From contig CAVSLC010000001.1 of the NCBI GenBank assembly GCA_963728565.1, forward strand, positions 116,118 through 180,117: a stretch of DNA of 64,000 nt. Reading direction: 5' to 3'. This document shows, one piece after another, positions 10,873-20,322 of the stretch. The first letter of the stretch is position 1. Each line of letters opens with the position of its first letter. This DNA comes from an uncultured delta proteobacterium. GTDB taxonomy: Bacteria > Desulfobacterota > Binatia > UBA9968. The notes under the pieces were generated by a model. The model had not been told where the DNA came from. It was given only the letters and a program-made list of their open reading frames with translations, and made no database searches. A program made the position numbers and the translations under genes.

Positions 10873-11883
10873 TCACTTCCCTCCCGGCTTGCGCCCCATT
10901 TCCTTGAGAACTTCATTAACGATGCTACGATCAACGAACTGATTTAGATCCGGCAGCGGTTTGCCCTGCGGCCAGCCGAGTTCGGGGGTGGTTCGGGACT
11001 CAAAAAGATCTTGGATCAGGTCAGGCGGCATTTCGGGGCTGTACTTGTCGTATACCTGACTATAAATGCTTTCGACCAATTTGGGATCTTTGATTTCAAA
11101 ATATTTCTCGATCACCTCCATCGTCCCTTTCTTGTTGGTCCTTATGTAATCCTCGGCTTTGATGATACCCCGGGTGAAGCGCTTGACGACGTCACGTTTC
11201 TCTTTGATGAAATCTCGATGAGTGAGAAATGTCCCGCCCAAACGCGGAATATAGTCACCGGTTCGCATAAGAATCTTCATGCCCTCTTTTTCCGCTCGCG
11301 CCGCGTGTGGAAATGACAGCACACCGCCCTGAATCGAGCCTTGAATGAGGGCCGCAATGCGGTCGGGCTCGCCCGTGAAGCTGATCACTCGGTAATCTTT
11401 GCCGGGCTGCATTTTGAAGTGCTTACCGAGAGTGACGACAATTTCGCTGTAATCAGCGGAGCCGGGGCGACCCAGGCCCAAGGTTTTGCCGCGAAGATCC
11501 TCGACCCGCTTGATGTCCGGCGTCGTCGTTAACGTCCACTGTGAGATCAAAGATTCTCCCACGAAAAATACCAAGGGCGCGCCTTTGAGCATCGCTTCCG
11601 AACCCCCGCCGGGAATCGGCGTGAACTCGATCTCTTTGGCAATGGTCGCCCTGACCAGCACACCCGCGGTCGCAGCGATGAAACTGGCGTCCAATCCCTC
11701 GGCCTTCAAAAGGCCTTTATCAATGGCGACGTAGGATGGGATGTGAAAGCCACTTCCACCGACAGTCCTGCCGACTTTGACCGATTGCGCGAAGATGGTC
11801 GTATGCCCGGCAACTATCGTAACCGTCACGGCTGCGAGAGTGGCGAAGAAATTTTTCCTACAAATCACCTTACGCAGATCCAT
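10873..11883 (-). CDS. NMT1/SsuA-like ABC substrate-binding protein
   Basis: Signal peptide; YVAIDKGLLKAEGLD, IKRVEDLRGKTLG. Confidence 0.85.
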   Translation of the reverse strand: MDLRKVICRKNFFATLAAVTVTIVAGHTTIFAQSVKVGRTVGGSGFHIPSYVAIDKGLLKAEGLDASFIAATAGVLVRATIAKEIEFTPIPGGGSEAMLKGAPLVFFVGESLISQWTLTTTPDIKRVEDLRGKTLGLGRPGSADYSEIVVTLGKHFKMQPGKDYRVISFTGEPDRIAALIQGSIQGGVLSFPHAARAEKEGMKILMRTGDYIPRLGGTFLTHRDFIKEKRDVVKRFTRGIIKAEDYIRTNKKGTMEVIEKYFEIKDPKLVESIYSQVYDKYSPEMPPDLIQDLFESRTTPELGWPQGKPLPDLNQFVDRSIVNEVLKEMGRKPGGK

Positions 11884-12030
11884 TTAGCTGTCTCCTTTCA
11901 ATCAAGCGAAGTGAGGCGAAATTGAACCTACAATAAGCCCGCCTCTAGTGCTAAGCAAGCTGCATCGCTGCTGTTTGACAGCGCCAGAACACCAACCTAA
12001 TGTAGGCTTCGAATGGGTCAGGAGGCAAGA

Positions 12031-12981
12031 ATGAATATTCTCATCACCGGCGCCGGACTTATCGGCGCCCACGCTGCCCGCCATGCCGTCGATGCCGGCG
12101 ATAAAGTTGTTCTGTACGATTTATCGCCGAATCGGAACTATATTCATGAGATCGTCGGCACCGATCGGGTCGATGTGGTGGCGGCCGATATTCGCGACTT
12201 GCCGGCACTGCTCAGTGCGTTAGAACGATTTAAAATCGACACACTGGTTCACACAGCCGGGCTCATCGGATCGCGGGTTCAGGAGAATTCCTATACCGGC
12301 GCCACCAACAATATCCTTGGCACCATCAATGTCTTGGAAGCAGCTCGGCTGCGGCTACTCCGGCGGGTGGTCTACATAAGCACGTTTGGCGTTTATGATC
12401 GTTCGAAGATCGACGACAGTGTCGTCCGTGAGAGCCATCCCATCGGCGGCCACAATCTCTATGCGACAACCAAGGTATGCTCCGAGCACCTGGTTCATGC
12501 CTACGCGGCGTTGTATAAGCTTGATACAGCAATCCTGCGGCCCGGCGGCGTTTTCGGACTGGGTTACTACGTCGGCGGTTCAACCGTCGGCAAAATCATG
12601 CGCGATCTGGCGCTCAACATCATCAAGGGCGAGCCTATCACCCTCGATGCCAACGCCTATGGGCACAACGAGTACGCCTATGGCAAAGATGTCGGGTTGG
12701 CAGTTTTTCTCGCATGCCGGAAAGAAAGTCTCAAGCAGCGAATCTACAATGCCGGCTCCGGCGTAGTGACCGGACCTGAAGAGCTCGCCCAAATTGTCAG
12801 AGAATTGTCTCCTACCGTCAACGTTACTGTTTCGGGCGCCGTCAAAGCGGATAGGAACAAGACGATTCCTTTGGATCTTAGCGTTTCGAAGGCCGAGCTT
12901 GGCTATGCGCCGCGCTTCCCATTGAAGGAAGCGTTACGAGATTATATGGATGACTTATGGAAGCAGGGTTCGCGGGGATGA
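12031..12981 (+). CDS. NAD-dependent epimerase/dehydratase (extended SDR)
   Basis: ITGAGLIG, HTAG, YATTK. Confidence 0.88.
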   Translation: MNILITGAGLIGAHAARHAVDAGDKVVLYDLSPNRNYIHEIVGTDRVDVVAADIRDLPALLSALERFKIDTLVHTAGLIGSRVQENSYTGATNNILGTINVLEAARLRLLRRVVYISTFGVYDRSKIDDSVVRESHPIGGHNLYATTKVCSEHLVHAYAALYKLDTAILRPGGVFGLGYYVGGSTVGKIMRDLALNIIKGEPITLDANAYGHNEYAYGKDVGLAVFLACRKESLKQRIYNAGSGVVTGPEELAQIVRELSPTVNVTVSGAVKADRNKTIPLDLSVSKAELGYAPRFPLKEALRDYMDDLWKQGSRG

Positions 12982-12997
12982 GCTACTTAATCAGCTT

Positions 12998-13010
12998 TAG
13001 CAGGCTGCTA
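12998..13010. repeat. Short palindrome TAGCAGGCTGCTA at a convergent junction; resembles joined MITE ends
   Basis: TAGCAG-G-CTGCTA; its CTA is the stop of the minus-strand GT2 gene; same terminal bases as the 54137 element. Confidence 0.35.
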
Positions 13011-13718
13011 GTTCTTGAAGCGAAATCGAAACATGTAATACAAAGCCGAAATCCCGTCTTTCCAAGTAATCTTCTTGCCCTCTTGGTAGGTGCGACCATG
13101 ATACGAAATCGGCACTTCGTAGAAGCGGTAACCCTTTTTGGCTAACTTCAGGGTGACTTCGGGCTCGAAGCCGAAACGATTCGATTCCAATCTGATGCTT
13201 TTGAGGACTTCGGCCCGAAACATCTTGTAGCCCACTTCCATATCCGAAAGGTTCAAGTTGGTCAGCATGTTCGAGACCAACGTGAGCATCCGATTGCCCA
13301 GCGAGTGCCAGAAGAATAATACCCGGTGCGCGCCCCCCCCAGCGAATCGAGTTCCATACACCACATCGGCGAGTCCTCGTTCGATGGGTTCCAGCAGCGC
13401 CGGATAATCGTGCGGGTCGTACTCGAGATCAGCGTCCTGAATGATTATGATCTCGCCGCGCGCATGAGCCAAGGCGACTTTGATCGCCGCGCCCTTTCCC
13501 TGGTTATGAGGCTGAAAAAAAACTCTAATTTCGTTCAGCGGGTCCGGCGCGCGCTCAGTTTCTTTTTGCAGTTGCGTCAGAATCTCCCGGCTTCGATCTT
13601 TGGAGCCATCATCAACCAGGATGATCTCTTTGGGTAACTCGATAGAACGCACGCGGCGGACGACCTCTTCCAGAGTGCGCTCTTCGTTGTAGACCGGGAT
13701 TAGAACTGACAGCTTCAC
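13008..13718 (-). CDS. GT2 glycosyltransferase (polyprenol-phosphate mannosyltransferase-like)
   Basis: IPVYNE, VDDGS, NQGKG, QDADLEYDP, FGFEPEVT, EGKKITWKDG. Confidence 0.92.
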   Translation of the reverse strand: MKLSVLIPVYNEERTLEEVVRRVRSIELPKEIILVDDGSKDRSREILTQLQKETERAPDPLNEIRVFFQPHNQGKGAAIKVALAHARGEIIIIQDADLEYDPHDYPALLEPIERGLADVVYGTRFAGGGAHRVLFFWHSLGNRMLTLVSNMLTNLNLSDMEVGYKMFRAEVLKSIRLESNRFGFEPEVTLKLAKKGYRFYEVPISYHGRTYQEGKKITWKDGISALYYMFRFRFKN

Positions 13719-14500
13719 TGTTCGAATTCGCGCTTTTTAAGCTCACGAATATAGGCGGAAAGCTTGGGGTCGGCATTGACCGCCTCGTTGAGTTTTGCCT
13801 GGAAGTCGGCGGCGGCTCGTTCCAAGGGGCTCATATCGAGACGAATCCCCAGCCATTGGGTAAGCCGCAGCAATAGCGCCAACGTGCCTCGTGGATTGGG
13901 CGACACCGAAAGGTAGTGGGGCAATGCGGCCCAGAGACTTAAACTGGGTACTGCAGCCTTACGACATACTTCGTTTAGGACGCCAATGATGCCCGTCGGT
14001 CCTTGATACCGAGAGGGCACCAGATCGAGCTGTTCCATCAGTTTGGGATCTGTAGAGAAACCGGAAAGCGGAACGGGACGCGTGTATAGAACTTCGTCGA
14101 GATAGGCGCCCAAGGTGACCAGCATTCCAACTTGGGACTCTCTGATGAAGCGCAACATCGTTTCGGTAAATGCGCGCCATCGCAACTGCGGCTCTACGCC
14201 AACCCCAAACACGAAATCCGCCTGGGCGCCGATACCCTCGCCATAAAAGAAATCGTACGAGGGCCAGTGAATCTCGCGTTCTTTGTTATCGTTTAAGCGA
14301 ACCATGGGACGCTGCACCGAGAAGTCATAAAACTCTTCCGGATCGATGCTGGCGAATCTTTTGGCTAGCAGTTGATCGCACATATATCGAGAGGCGGTTG
14401 TCGCCGCCGAGCCAGCATCACTCCAACCGGCGAAAGATAAAACGAGAATGGGATTCTTTAGATTGGGACGACTCTCAAAGTTGAGAGGTTCGATAACCAT
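13715..14500 (-). CDS. PAC2 (proteasome assembly chaperone) family protein
   Basis: FAGWSDAGSAA, IDPEEFYDF..QRP, EPQLRW, YQGPTGI, WAALPHY, PNPRG. Confidence 0.88.
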   Translation of the reverse strand: MVIEPLNFESRPNLKNPILVLSFAGWSDAGSAATTASRYMCDQLLAKRFASIDPEEFYDFSVQRPMVRLNDNKEREIHWPSYDFFYGEGIGAQADFVFGVGVEPQLRWRAFTETMLRFIRESQVGMLVTLGAYLDEVLYTRPVPLSGFSTDPKLMEQLDLVPSRYQGPTGIIGVLNEVCRKAAVPSLSLWAALPHYLSVSPNPRGTLALLLRLTQWLGIRLDMSPLERAAADFQAKLNEAVNADPKLSAYIRELKKREFEQ

Positions 14501-14762
14501 ACCCGATCATAGCACACCGAAGCTATTTTATACAAAATTGTTATACGCGGTTTGGGCAAATGTTCTGCCGCATGGTTTGCAGGCTGAGAAATCGATGATC
14601 GCCCAGCGATGGGCGCCTTCTGACTTCGATCTATGGGGAGCCGATCGTTTGTCGTAAGGACGACCATAGCACTCTACAGAACAGCATTCTTCAAGCTTTG
14701 CACGCTTAAATTTCTCGAGACTGGAAGCCGATCGTCAAAAGCTGGTATCATCATTGTCGGCG

Positions 14763-15497
14763 ATGGAGAGCAAGGCTGCTTTGATAACCGGCGGCGCCCG
14801 CGGCATTGGTCGCGCGGTGGCCCTGGATTTAGCGTCCCACGGCTGGTCCGTGGCCATTTGCTATCGCACCAGCGCTAGCGCAGCGCACGAGGTCATCGAG
14901 TCCATAAGACGCTACGGCACGGCCGCGCTCGCGTTTAAATGCGATGTCTCGGACCCACGCGCCGCCACCGCGATGGTCCGCGATCTGGAAAACCAATGGG
15001 GACGCCTTGACGCGCTCATTAACAGCGCCGGTCCTTATCATCGGATCCCTTTATTGGACGAAACCAACGAGGGCTGGCATTCGATGTTCGACAACAACCT
15101 TCATCCGATTTTTTATTTGACCAAGGCGGTGGTTCCTTTGATGAAACAACGCAACTGGGGCCGCATCATTTGCTTCAGCATGGCGAATGCAGAGCAGCTG
15201 ATGGCTCAACCGCAACTGACTGCACATTACATCTCGAAGGTCGGAGTGATCGTTTTGATGCGCTCGCTGGCTCGCTTGGTTGCGCCCTATGGCATCACGG
15301 CAAATTGCATCGCGCCAGGCTACATAGATTCCGGCAGCGCGCCCAGGGAGGAGTTGGAAGCCGCAGTAAAACGCATTCCGGCCGGCTCTCTCGGTACGGT
15401 CGAAGAGACAGCGGCTGTGGTGCGTTTCTTGGTGTCTGACGAGGCTCGCTATATCAATGGCGCCAATATTCAGATCAGCGGCGCCTGGGGGGTTTAA
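14763..15497 (+). CDS. Short-chain dehydrogenase/reductase
   Basis: TGGARGIG, INSAG, YISK, IAPG. Confidence 0.9.
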   Translation: MESKAALITGGARGIGRAVALDLASHGWSVAICYRTSASAAHEVIESIRRYGTAALAFKCDVSDPRAATAMVRDLENQWGRLDALINSAGPYHRIPLLDETNEGWHSMFDNNLHPIFYLTKAVVPLMKQRNWGRIICFSMANAEQLMAQPQLTAHYISKVGVIVLMRSLARLVAPYGITANCIAPGYIDSGSAPREELEAAVKRIPAGSLGTVEETAAVVRFLVSDEARYINGANIQISGAWGV

Positions 15498-15501
15498 ATC
15501 T

Positions 15502-15987
15502 ATGACTTGCTCTGAAGTTCATACCAAAGCATTGGAGCTCGTGCAGCGGGCGATGAACCGCCAAATGGCGGGAGAGATCGAAGATTCCATCCGGCTGTAC
15601 CGGGAATCGATCGCGCTTCACCCGACCGCGGACGCGCATACGTACCTAGGCTGGGCCTATAGCTTTCAAGGACGGATTGACGAAGCTATTGCGCAATGCG
15701 AAATCGCCATTCAGCTCGATCCCCAGTTCGGCAACCCGTATAACGATCTGGGTGTCTATTTGATGCAACAGCAAAAATTCGATGAAGCAATTCCCTGGCT
15801 GGAACGGGCAAAGCAAGCACAGCGTTATGAGCCGCGGCATTTTCCGTACATCAATCTCGGCCGGGTCTACATGATCAAGGGAATGCTTCAGAAGGCGATC
15901 GAGGAGTTCCGCGAGGCAGTGAGACTCAACCCGACGGATACAGAGCTTGTCCAATTACTGGAAGAACTCGAAACCAAGCTACAGTGA
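15502..15987 (+). CDS. Tetratricopeptide repeat protein
   Basis: AHTYLGWAY, GNPYNDLG, PYINLGRVY TPR helices. Confidence 0.88.
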   Translation: MTCSEVHTKALELVQRAMNRQMAGEIEDSIRLYRESIALHPTADAHTYLGWAYSFQGRIDEAIAQCEIAIQLDPQFGNPYNDLGVYLMQQQKFDEAIPWLERAKQAQRYEPRHFPYINLGRVYMIKGMLQKAIEEFREAVRLNPTDTELVQLLEELETKLQ

Positions 15988-16008
15988 GTGAAGAGCGGTT
16001 GTCTAAGC

Positions 16009-16031
16009 CGCGCCGCGGTTAAAGCGGCGCG
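16009..16031. terminator. GC-rich hairpin between convergent genes
   Basis: GCGCCGC-GGTTAAA-GCGGCGC stem-loop; no clear U tract. Confidence 0.4.
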
Positions 16032-16112
16032 CTTCGCCTTCCGGATGCCGCGCGTGTGATCTGCCGCGGCTCTTTAGAGCTCTTGGAACCTCGCCAAAGT
16101 TTCGGCATAGCG

Positions 16113-17435
16113 CTATGCGAGCTCGCTAATCGCCGCATCGAAGATTTCAGCTGCTGTGGCACTCTCGTCCTTGGTAACGATCAGCGGTGGGCAAAAGCGC
16201 AAGGTGCTCTCGCCGCAGCCGAGTAAGAGGAGGCCTTTTTCGAAACAATTCTTCATCACTTGGTCGCGCAATGCGGCGTCCGGCGTACCGCTTCCATCGC
16301 CGTGGACGAATTCCACGCCAATCATCAGTCCCAAACCACGGACGTCGCCGATCACCGGGTGCTTTTTCTTCAGGTCATTAAGTTTATCCATCAAATACGC
16401 CCCCACCTCTGTGGCATTATGCAGAAGTCCTGCTTCGATCACAGCTATGCTCGCGAGCGCCGCGGCGCATGCCACTGGATTACCGCCGAAGGTGGAACCA
16501 TGAGTACCCGGAGTCCACGTGCTGATCTCGCTCCGAGCGATCATCGCGCCCAACGGCATGCCGCTCGCAATGCCCTTGCCCGCGCAGAGAATGTCGGGCT
16601 CAATGCCCCAGTGTTCACAGGCAAACATCTTTCCAGTTCGTCCGAAGCCAGACTGAATCTCATCAGCGACAAGTAAGATATCGTAACGGCGACAGAGATC
16701 TTGAAGCATCCCCAGGTACTCGGGGGGAGGGACGATGTAACCGCCCTCGCCTTGTATCGGCTCGACAAAAATCGCCGCGACCTCCTGTGGCGTCACTTGA
16801 TAGCGAAACAAAACTTTTTCCAGATAACTCACGCAGCCGATTTCACACGAACCATAATTGAGATGATAGGGACAGCGATAACAGAAAGCGTAAGGAGCAT
16901 GATGAACTCCGGGCACCAGCGGAGAAAACTGCGCCCGATGCGATGAGCGACTGGCGGTCAGGGATAAGGCACCCATAGTGCGGCCGTGAAAAGCGCCATC
17001 AAAGGCGATCACGTGCTGCCTTCTGGTGGCGAAACGCGCCAGCTTGAACGCGGCTTCGATCGTTTCAGTGCCCGAATTGGTGAAGAAAACTTTCTTGCTT
17101 CCGGTTCCAGGCGCCAGCTGGCTAAGTTTCTCCGCCAGCTCCATCATGGGTTCGTAGTAGAAATCACTCCCGCAAATATGCAAAAATTTGCGCGCCTGCT
17201 CTTCGATGGCTTGAACTACGCGCGGATGAGAATGGCCGGTATTTGCGACGGCAATGCCGGCCATAAAGTCGAGAAAAAGATTCTCATCGACATCTTCGAC
17301 CACCATCCCTCGACCTTGCTTCATGACCAGCGGATAAACGCGCCCATAAGCCGGCGCGGTATACTGGCGATCCTTTTCGATGATTGCCTGCGCTCGGGGT
17401 CCGGGGAGTTTCGTCTTGATTAAAGGCACTTTCAT
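16113..17435 (-). CDS. Class III PLP aminotransferase (4-aminobutyrate/acetylornithine family)
   Basis: NSGTE, AFHGRT, EPIQGEGG, DEIQSGFGRTG, AGKGIASG, STFGGNP. Confidence 0.93.
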   Translation of the reverse strand: MKVPLIKTKLPGPRAQAIIEKDRQYTAPAYGRVYPLVMKQGRGMVVEDVDENLFLDFMAGIAVANTGHSHPRVVQAIEEQARKFLHICGSDFYYEPMMELAEKLSQLAPGTGSKKVFFTNSGTETIEAAFKLARFATRRQHVIAFDGAFHGRTMGALSLTASRSSHRAQFSPLVPGVHHAPYAFCYRCPYHLNYGSCEIGCVSYLEKVLFRYQVTPQEVAAIFVEPIQGEGGYIVPPPEYLGMLQDLCRRYDILLVADEIQSGFGRTGKMFACEHWGIEPDILCAGKGIASGMPLGAMIARSEISTWTPGTHGSTFGGNPVACAAALASIAVIEAGLLHNATEVGAYLMDKLNDLKKKHPVIGDVRGLGLMIGVEFVHGDGSGTPDAALRDQVMKNCFEKGLLLLGCGESTLRFCPPLIVTKDESATAAEIFDAAISELA

Positions 17436-17492
17436 AGCGTTCTCCGTGCTGTCGCATTGTGAAATCGCAGGCAATCTCGGGCCGTGTGAAGC

Positions 17493-18983
17493 TCATTCCG
17501 CATTATCGATCTGCGCCTTCTGCAACCTGCCCGAGTAATCTACATAAATGGATTTCCATTCGCTGAAGATGTCATAGACGGTGGTGCCGGCTTCACGATG
17601 ACCGTTGCCGGTATCTTTAACGCCTCCGAACGGCAGATGCACTTCCGCGCCAATGGTGGGCCCATTGATGTAAGTGATGCCCGCCTCGATATCGCGCATG
17701 GCACGAAAGGCGCGGTTGACGTCAGCGGTGTAAATCGAACTGGACAGCCCGTAGCGAGTGCCGTTTAGCACGGCAATGGCCGCATCAAAGTCCGGCACTT
17801 CGATAACCGAAAGCACCGGTCCAAATATTTCTTCTTGGGCCACGCGCATGTTCGGCGTGACTCGATCCAATATCGTCGGCTGAAAGAAAAAACCGTTCGC
17901 ACATGCGCCGATATCATAGGCCGAGCCGCCGATTAGCACGCGGGCGCCTTCTTGCCGGCCAATTTCCATGTAGGATTGAACCTTGTCGCGCGCCGCCTGG
18001 TTGATCAGCGGCCCGATTTCGACGCTTTCATCCAAACCGTCGCCGATCTTGATCTTCTCGATTCGCGCCACAAGCCTATCGATGAATTCGGTTTTGATAT
18101 CATGATGCAAAATCAGCCGGCTGGTGGCGGTGCAGCGCTGTCCGGTTGTACCGAACGCGCCCCACAGCGCGCCCTCGACGGCAAGGGCCAGGTCGGCATC
18201 CTCCATAACGATTTGCGCGTTCTTTCCGCCCAGTTCAAGCGAGACGCGCTTGAGCGACTGACCGCACGCAGCAGCAACCTCCCGCCCCACTGCGGCGGAA
18301 CCGGTGAAGGAAACCAACTGCACGTCCGGATGGCGCACCAGCGCGGCGCCGACTTCCTCGCCGCGCCCCTGAACCAGATTGATGACCCCAGGAGGCACAC
18401 CCGCCCGTTGGAGAATCTCAAAAAGCTTAAGGGCGGTATGGGGCGTATCCTCGGCGGGCTTGAGCACCACGGTATTGCCGCAAATCAGCGCCGGAAACAT
18501 CTTCCATGTTGGGATTGCCATCGGAAAATTCCATGGCGTGATCAATGCGCAAACACCAACCGGCGCACGTACCGACATGGCGAACTTATCGGGCAGCTCC
18601 GATGGCGTCGTTTCGCCGAAAAGCCGCCGGCCTTCACCGGCCACATAAAAAGCAGTGTCGATGCCTTCTTGCACGTCACCGCGCGTTTCTTTCAAGACCT
18701 TGCCCATCTCTCGAGTCATAACCCGGGCGATCTCTTCCTTATGCGCCTTTAGAAGTTCGCCGACTCGATAGAGCAGTTCTCCGCGTTTAGGCGCCGGCAC
18801 AAGACGCCAACTGGCGAAGGCCTTCTTGGCCGCCGCTACCGCGGTATCGACGTCATCGTGATCCGAAGCTGGAAAAAGACCGACAAGGTCGTGGCGGTTG
18901 GCCGGATTGCGATTCTCGATCACCTGTCCGGCTTGCGCAGGCAGCCATTTGCCATCGATATAGTTTTTAAATGCTTCAGTCAT
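17493..18983 (-). CDS. Aldehyde dehydrogenase
   Basis: [30 protein letters not shown]. Confidence 0.95.
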   Translation of the reverse strand: MTEAFKNYIDGKWLPAQAGQVIENRNPANRHDLVGLFPASDHDDVDTAVAAAKKAFASWRLVPAPKRGELLYRVGELLKAHKEEIARVMTREMGKVLKETRGDVQEGIDTAFYVAGEGRRLFGETTPSELPDKFAMSVRAPVGVCALITPWNFPMAIPTWKMFPALICGNTVVLKPAEDTPHTALKLFEILQRAGVPPGVINLVQGRGEEVGAALVRHPDVQLVSFTGSAAVGREVAAACGQSLKRVSLELGGKNAQIVMEDADLALAVEGALWGAFGTTGQRCTATSRLILHHDIKTEFIDRLVARIEKIKIGDGLDESVEIGPLINQAARDKVQSYMEIGRQEGARVLIGGSAYDIGACANGFFFQPTILDRVTPNMRVAQEEIFGPVLSVIEVPDFDAAIAVLNGTRYGLSSSIYTADVNRAFRAMRDIEAGITYINGPTIGAEVHLPFGGVKDTGNGHREAGTTVYDIFSEWKSIYVDYSGRLQKAQIDNAE

Positions 18984-19223
18984 AACTATTCCCCGCTCCT
19001 GGGCCGGCTGGCTTCATCTACCAAGGGTGACAACTGCCGACAACAGCAAACTCATTCTAGAACCGGCCCAGCGCGAACACAACGTCAGCGATCTAGCGAA
19101 GATTGCTAAACTCGTGTAATTCGTTGATTTTTGACAATCAATCAGTTAGCTTCTGGCAACTCGCCAGCCGAGAGATAAGCGCAAGGGCGAGCCGGCAACT
19201 TTAGCCAGCATAAGGAGAGCTCT

Positions 19224-20249
19224 ATGTGGCAACTTTGTTGTTTGTTCACGGCAGCATTCGTCGGATTGTTTTCGCTCCAACCGGCCGCCGCCGCGGAAGA
19301 CTTTTATAAAGGCAAAACCGTCAGAATCGTTGTCGGGTTTTCCGCAGGCGGAGGCTTTGATACTTACGCCCGTGCCATCGCCCGGCATATGGGCAAACAT
19401 ATCGCCGGGGAACCGGCGATGATCGTCGAAAACATGACCGGCGCCGGCAGCCTGATCGCGGCGAATCACGTGTATAAGGCTGCCAAGCCGGATGGCCTCA
19501 CCATCGGTCACTTCATCGGCGGCTTATTCTTGGGTCAGGTCTTGGGGCAAAAGGGTGTCGAATTCGATGCCCGGAAATTCGAATTCATCGGCGCGCCAAT
19601 TACCGATCACGTCGTCTGCGCCTTGACCAAGGCCAGCGGCATCACCAGTGTGGATCAATGGATGGCAGCGAAAACTCCGGTTAAAATGGGTGGCATCGCT
19701 CCCGGCACCTCGACACCGGACAACGCGACCCGGGTCTTGAAGGCAGCGCTGGGATTACCAATTCAAATTGTGTCGGGCTACAAAGGCACCGCCGATGTGA
19801 GATTGGCCGCCGAAAGCGGCGAAATCGCCGGTGGCTGCTGGGGCTGGGATTCTGTCAGCGTGACTTGGCAGAAAGCACTCGCCAGCGGCGATGCCGTGGT
19901 TGTCCTCCAGGCCAACCGCCGAAACCATCCAGATCTTCCTAAAGTGCCCCAAGCGATCAAGTTGGCGAAAACAGAAGAGGGCCGCAAAATGATTGAAGTG
20001 GCAATCCACGGCGATAGCGATATCGTTCGCACCTATACGCTGCCGCCAGGGACGCCGAAAGATCGAGTTCAATTGCTGCGCAAAGCGTTCGATGCGACAC
20101 TGACCGATCCGGAATTCCTGGCGGACGCAAAGAAGTCGAAATTGAATGTCGATCCTGTGGCCGTCGACGAGGTGGAGAAAGTTATCGGCGGCCTATTCAA
20201 GCTCGACCAGTCGATGGTCGGCAAACTAAAAGATATTCTTTACAACTGA
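19224..20249 (+). CDS. Tripartite tricarboxylate transporter substrate-binding protein (TctC/Bug-like)
   Basis: Signal peptide; VGFSAGGGFDTYAR, VENMTGAGS, KPDGLT, GYKG. Confidence 0.9.
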   Translation: MWQLCCLFTAAFVGLFSLQPAAAAEDFYKGKTVRIVVGFSAGGGFDTYARAIARHMGKHIAGEPAMIVENMTGAGSLIAANHVYKAAKPDGLTIGHFIGGLFLGQVLGQKGVEFDARKFEFIGAPITDHVVCALTKASGITSVDQWMAAKTPVKMGGIAPGTSTPDNATRVLKAALGLPIQIVSGYKGTADVRLAAESGEIAGGCWGWDSVSVTWQKALASGDAVVVLQANRRNHPDLPKVPQAIKLAKTEEGRKMIEVAIHGDSDIVRTYTLPPGTPKDRVQLLRKAFDATLTDPEFLADAKKSKLNVDPVAVDEVEKVIGGLFKLDQSMVGKLKDILYN

Positions 20250-20322
20250 AAACGCGACATTGACCGTCGATTAGCGACGACAGATAATTTAATTCGCTGT
20301 ATCGCGTCGAGGTGGAGCCCTA

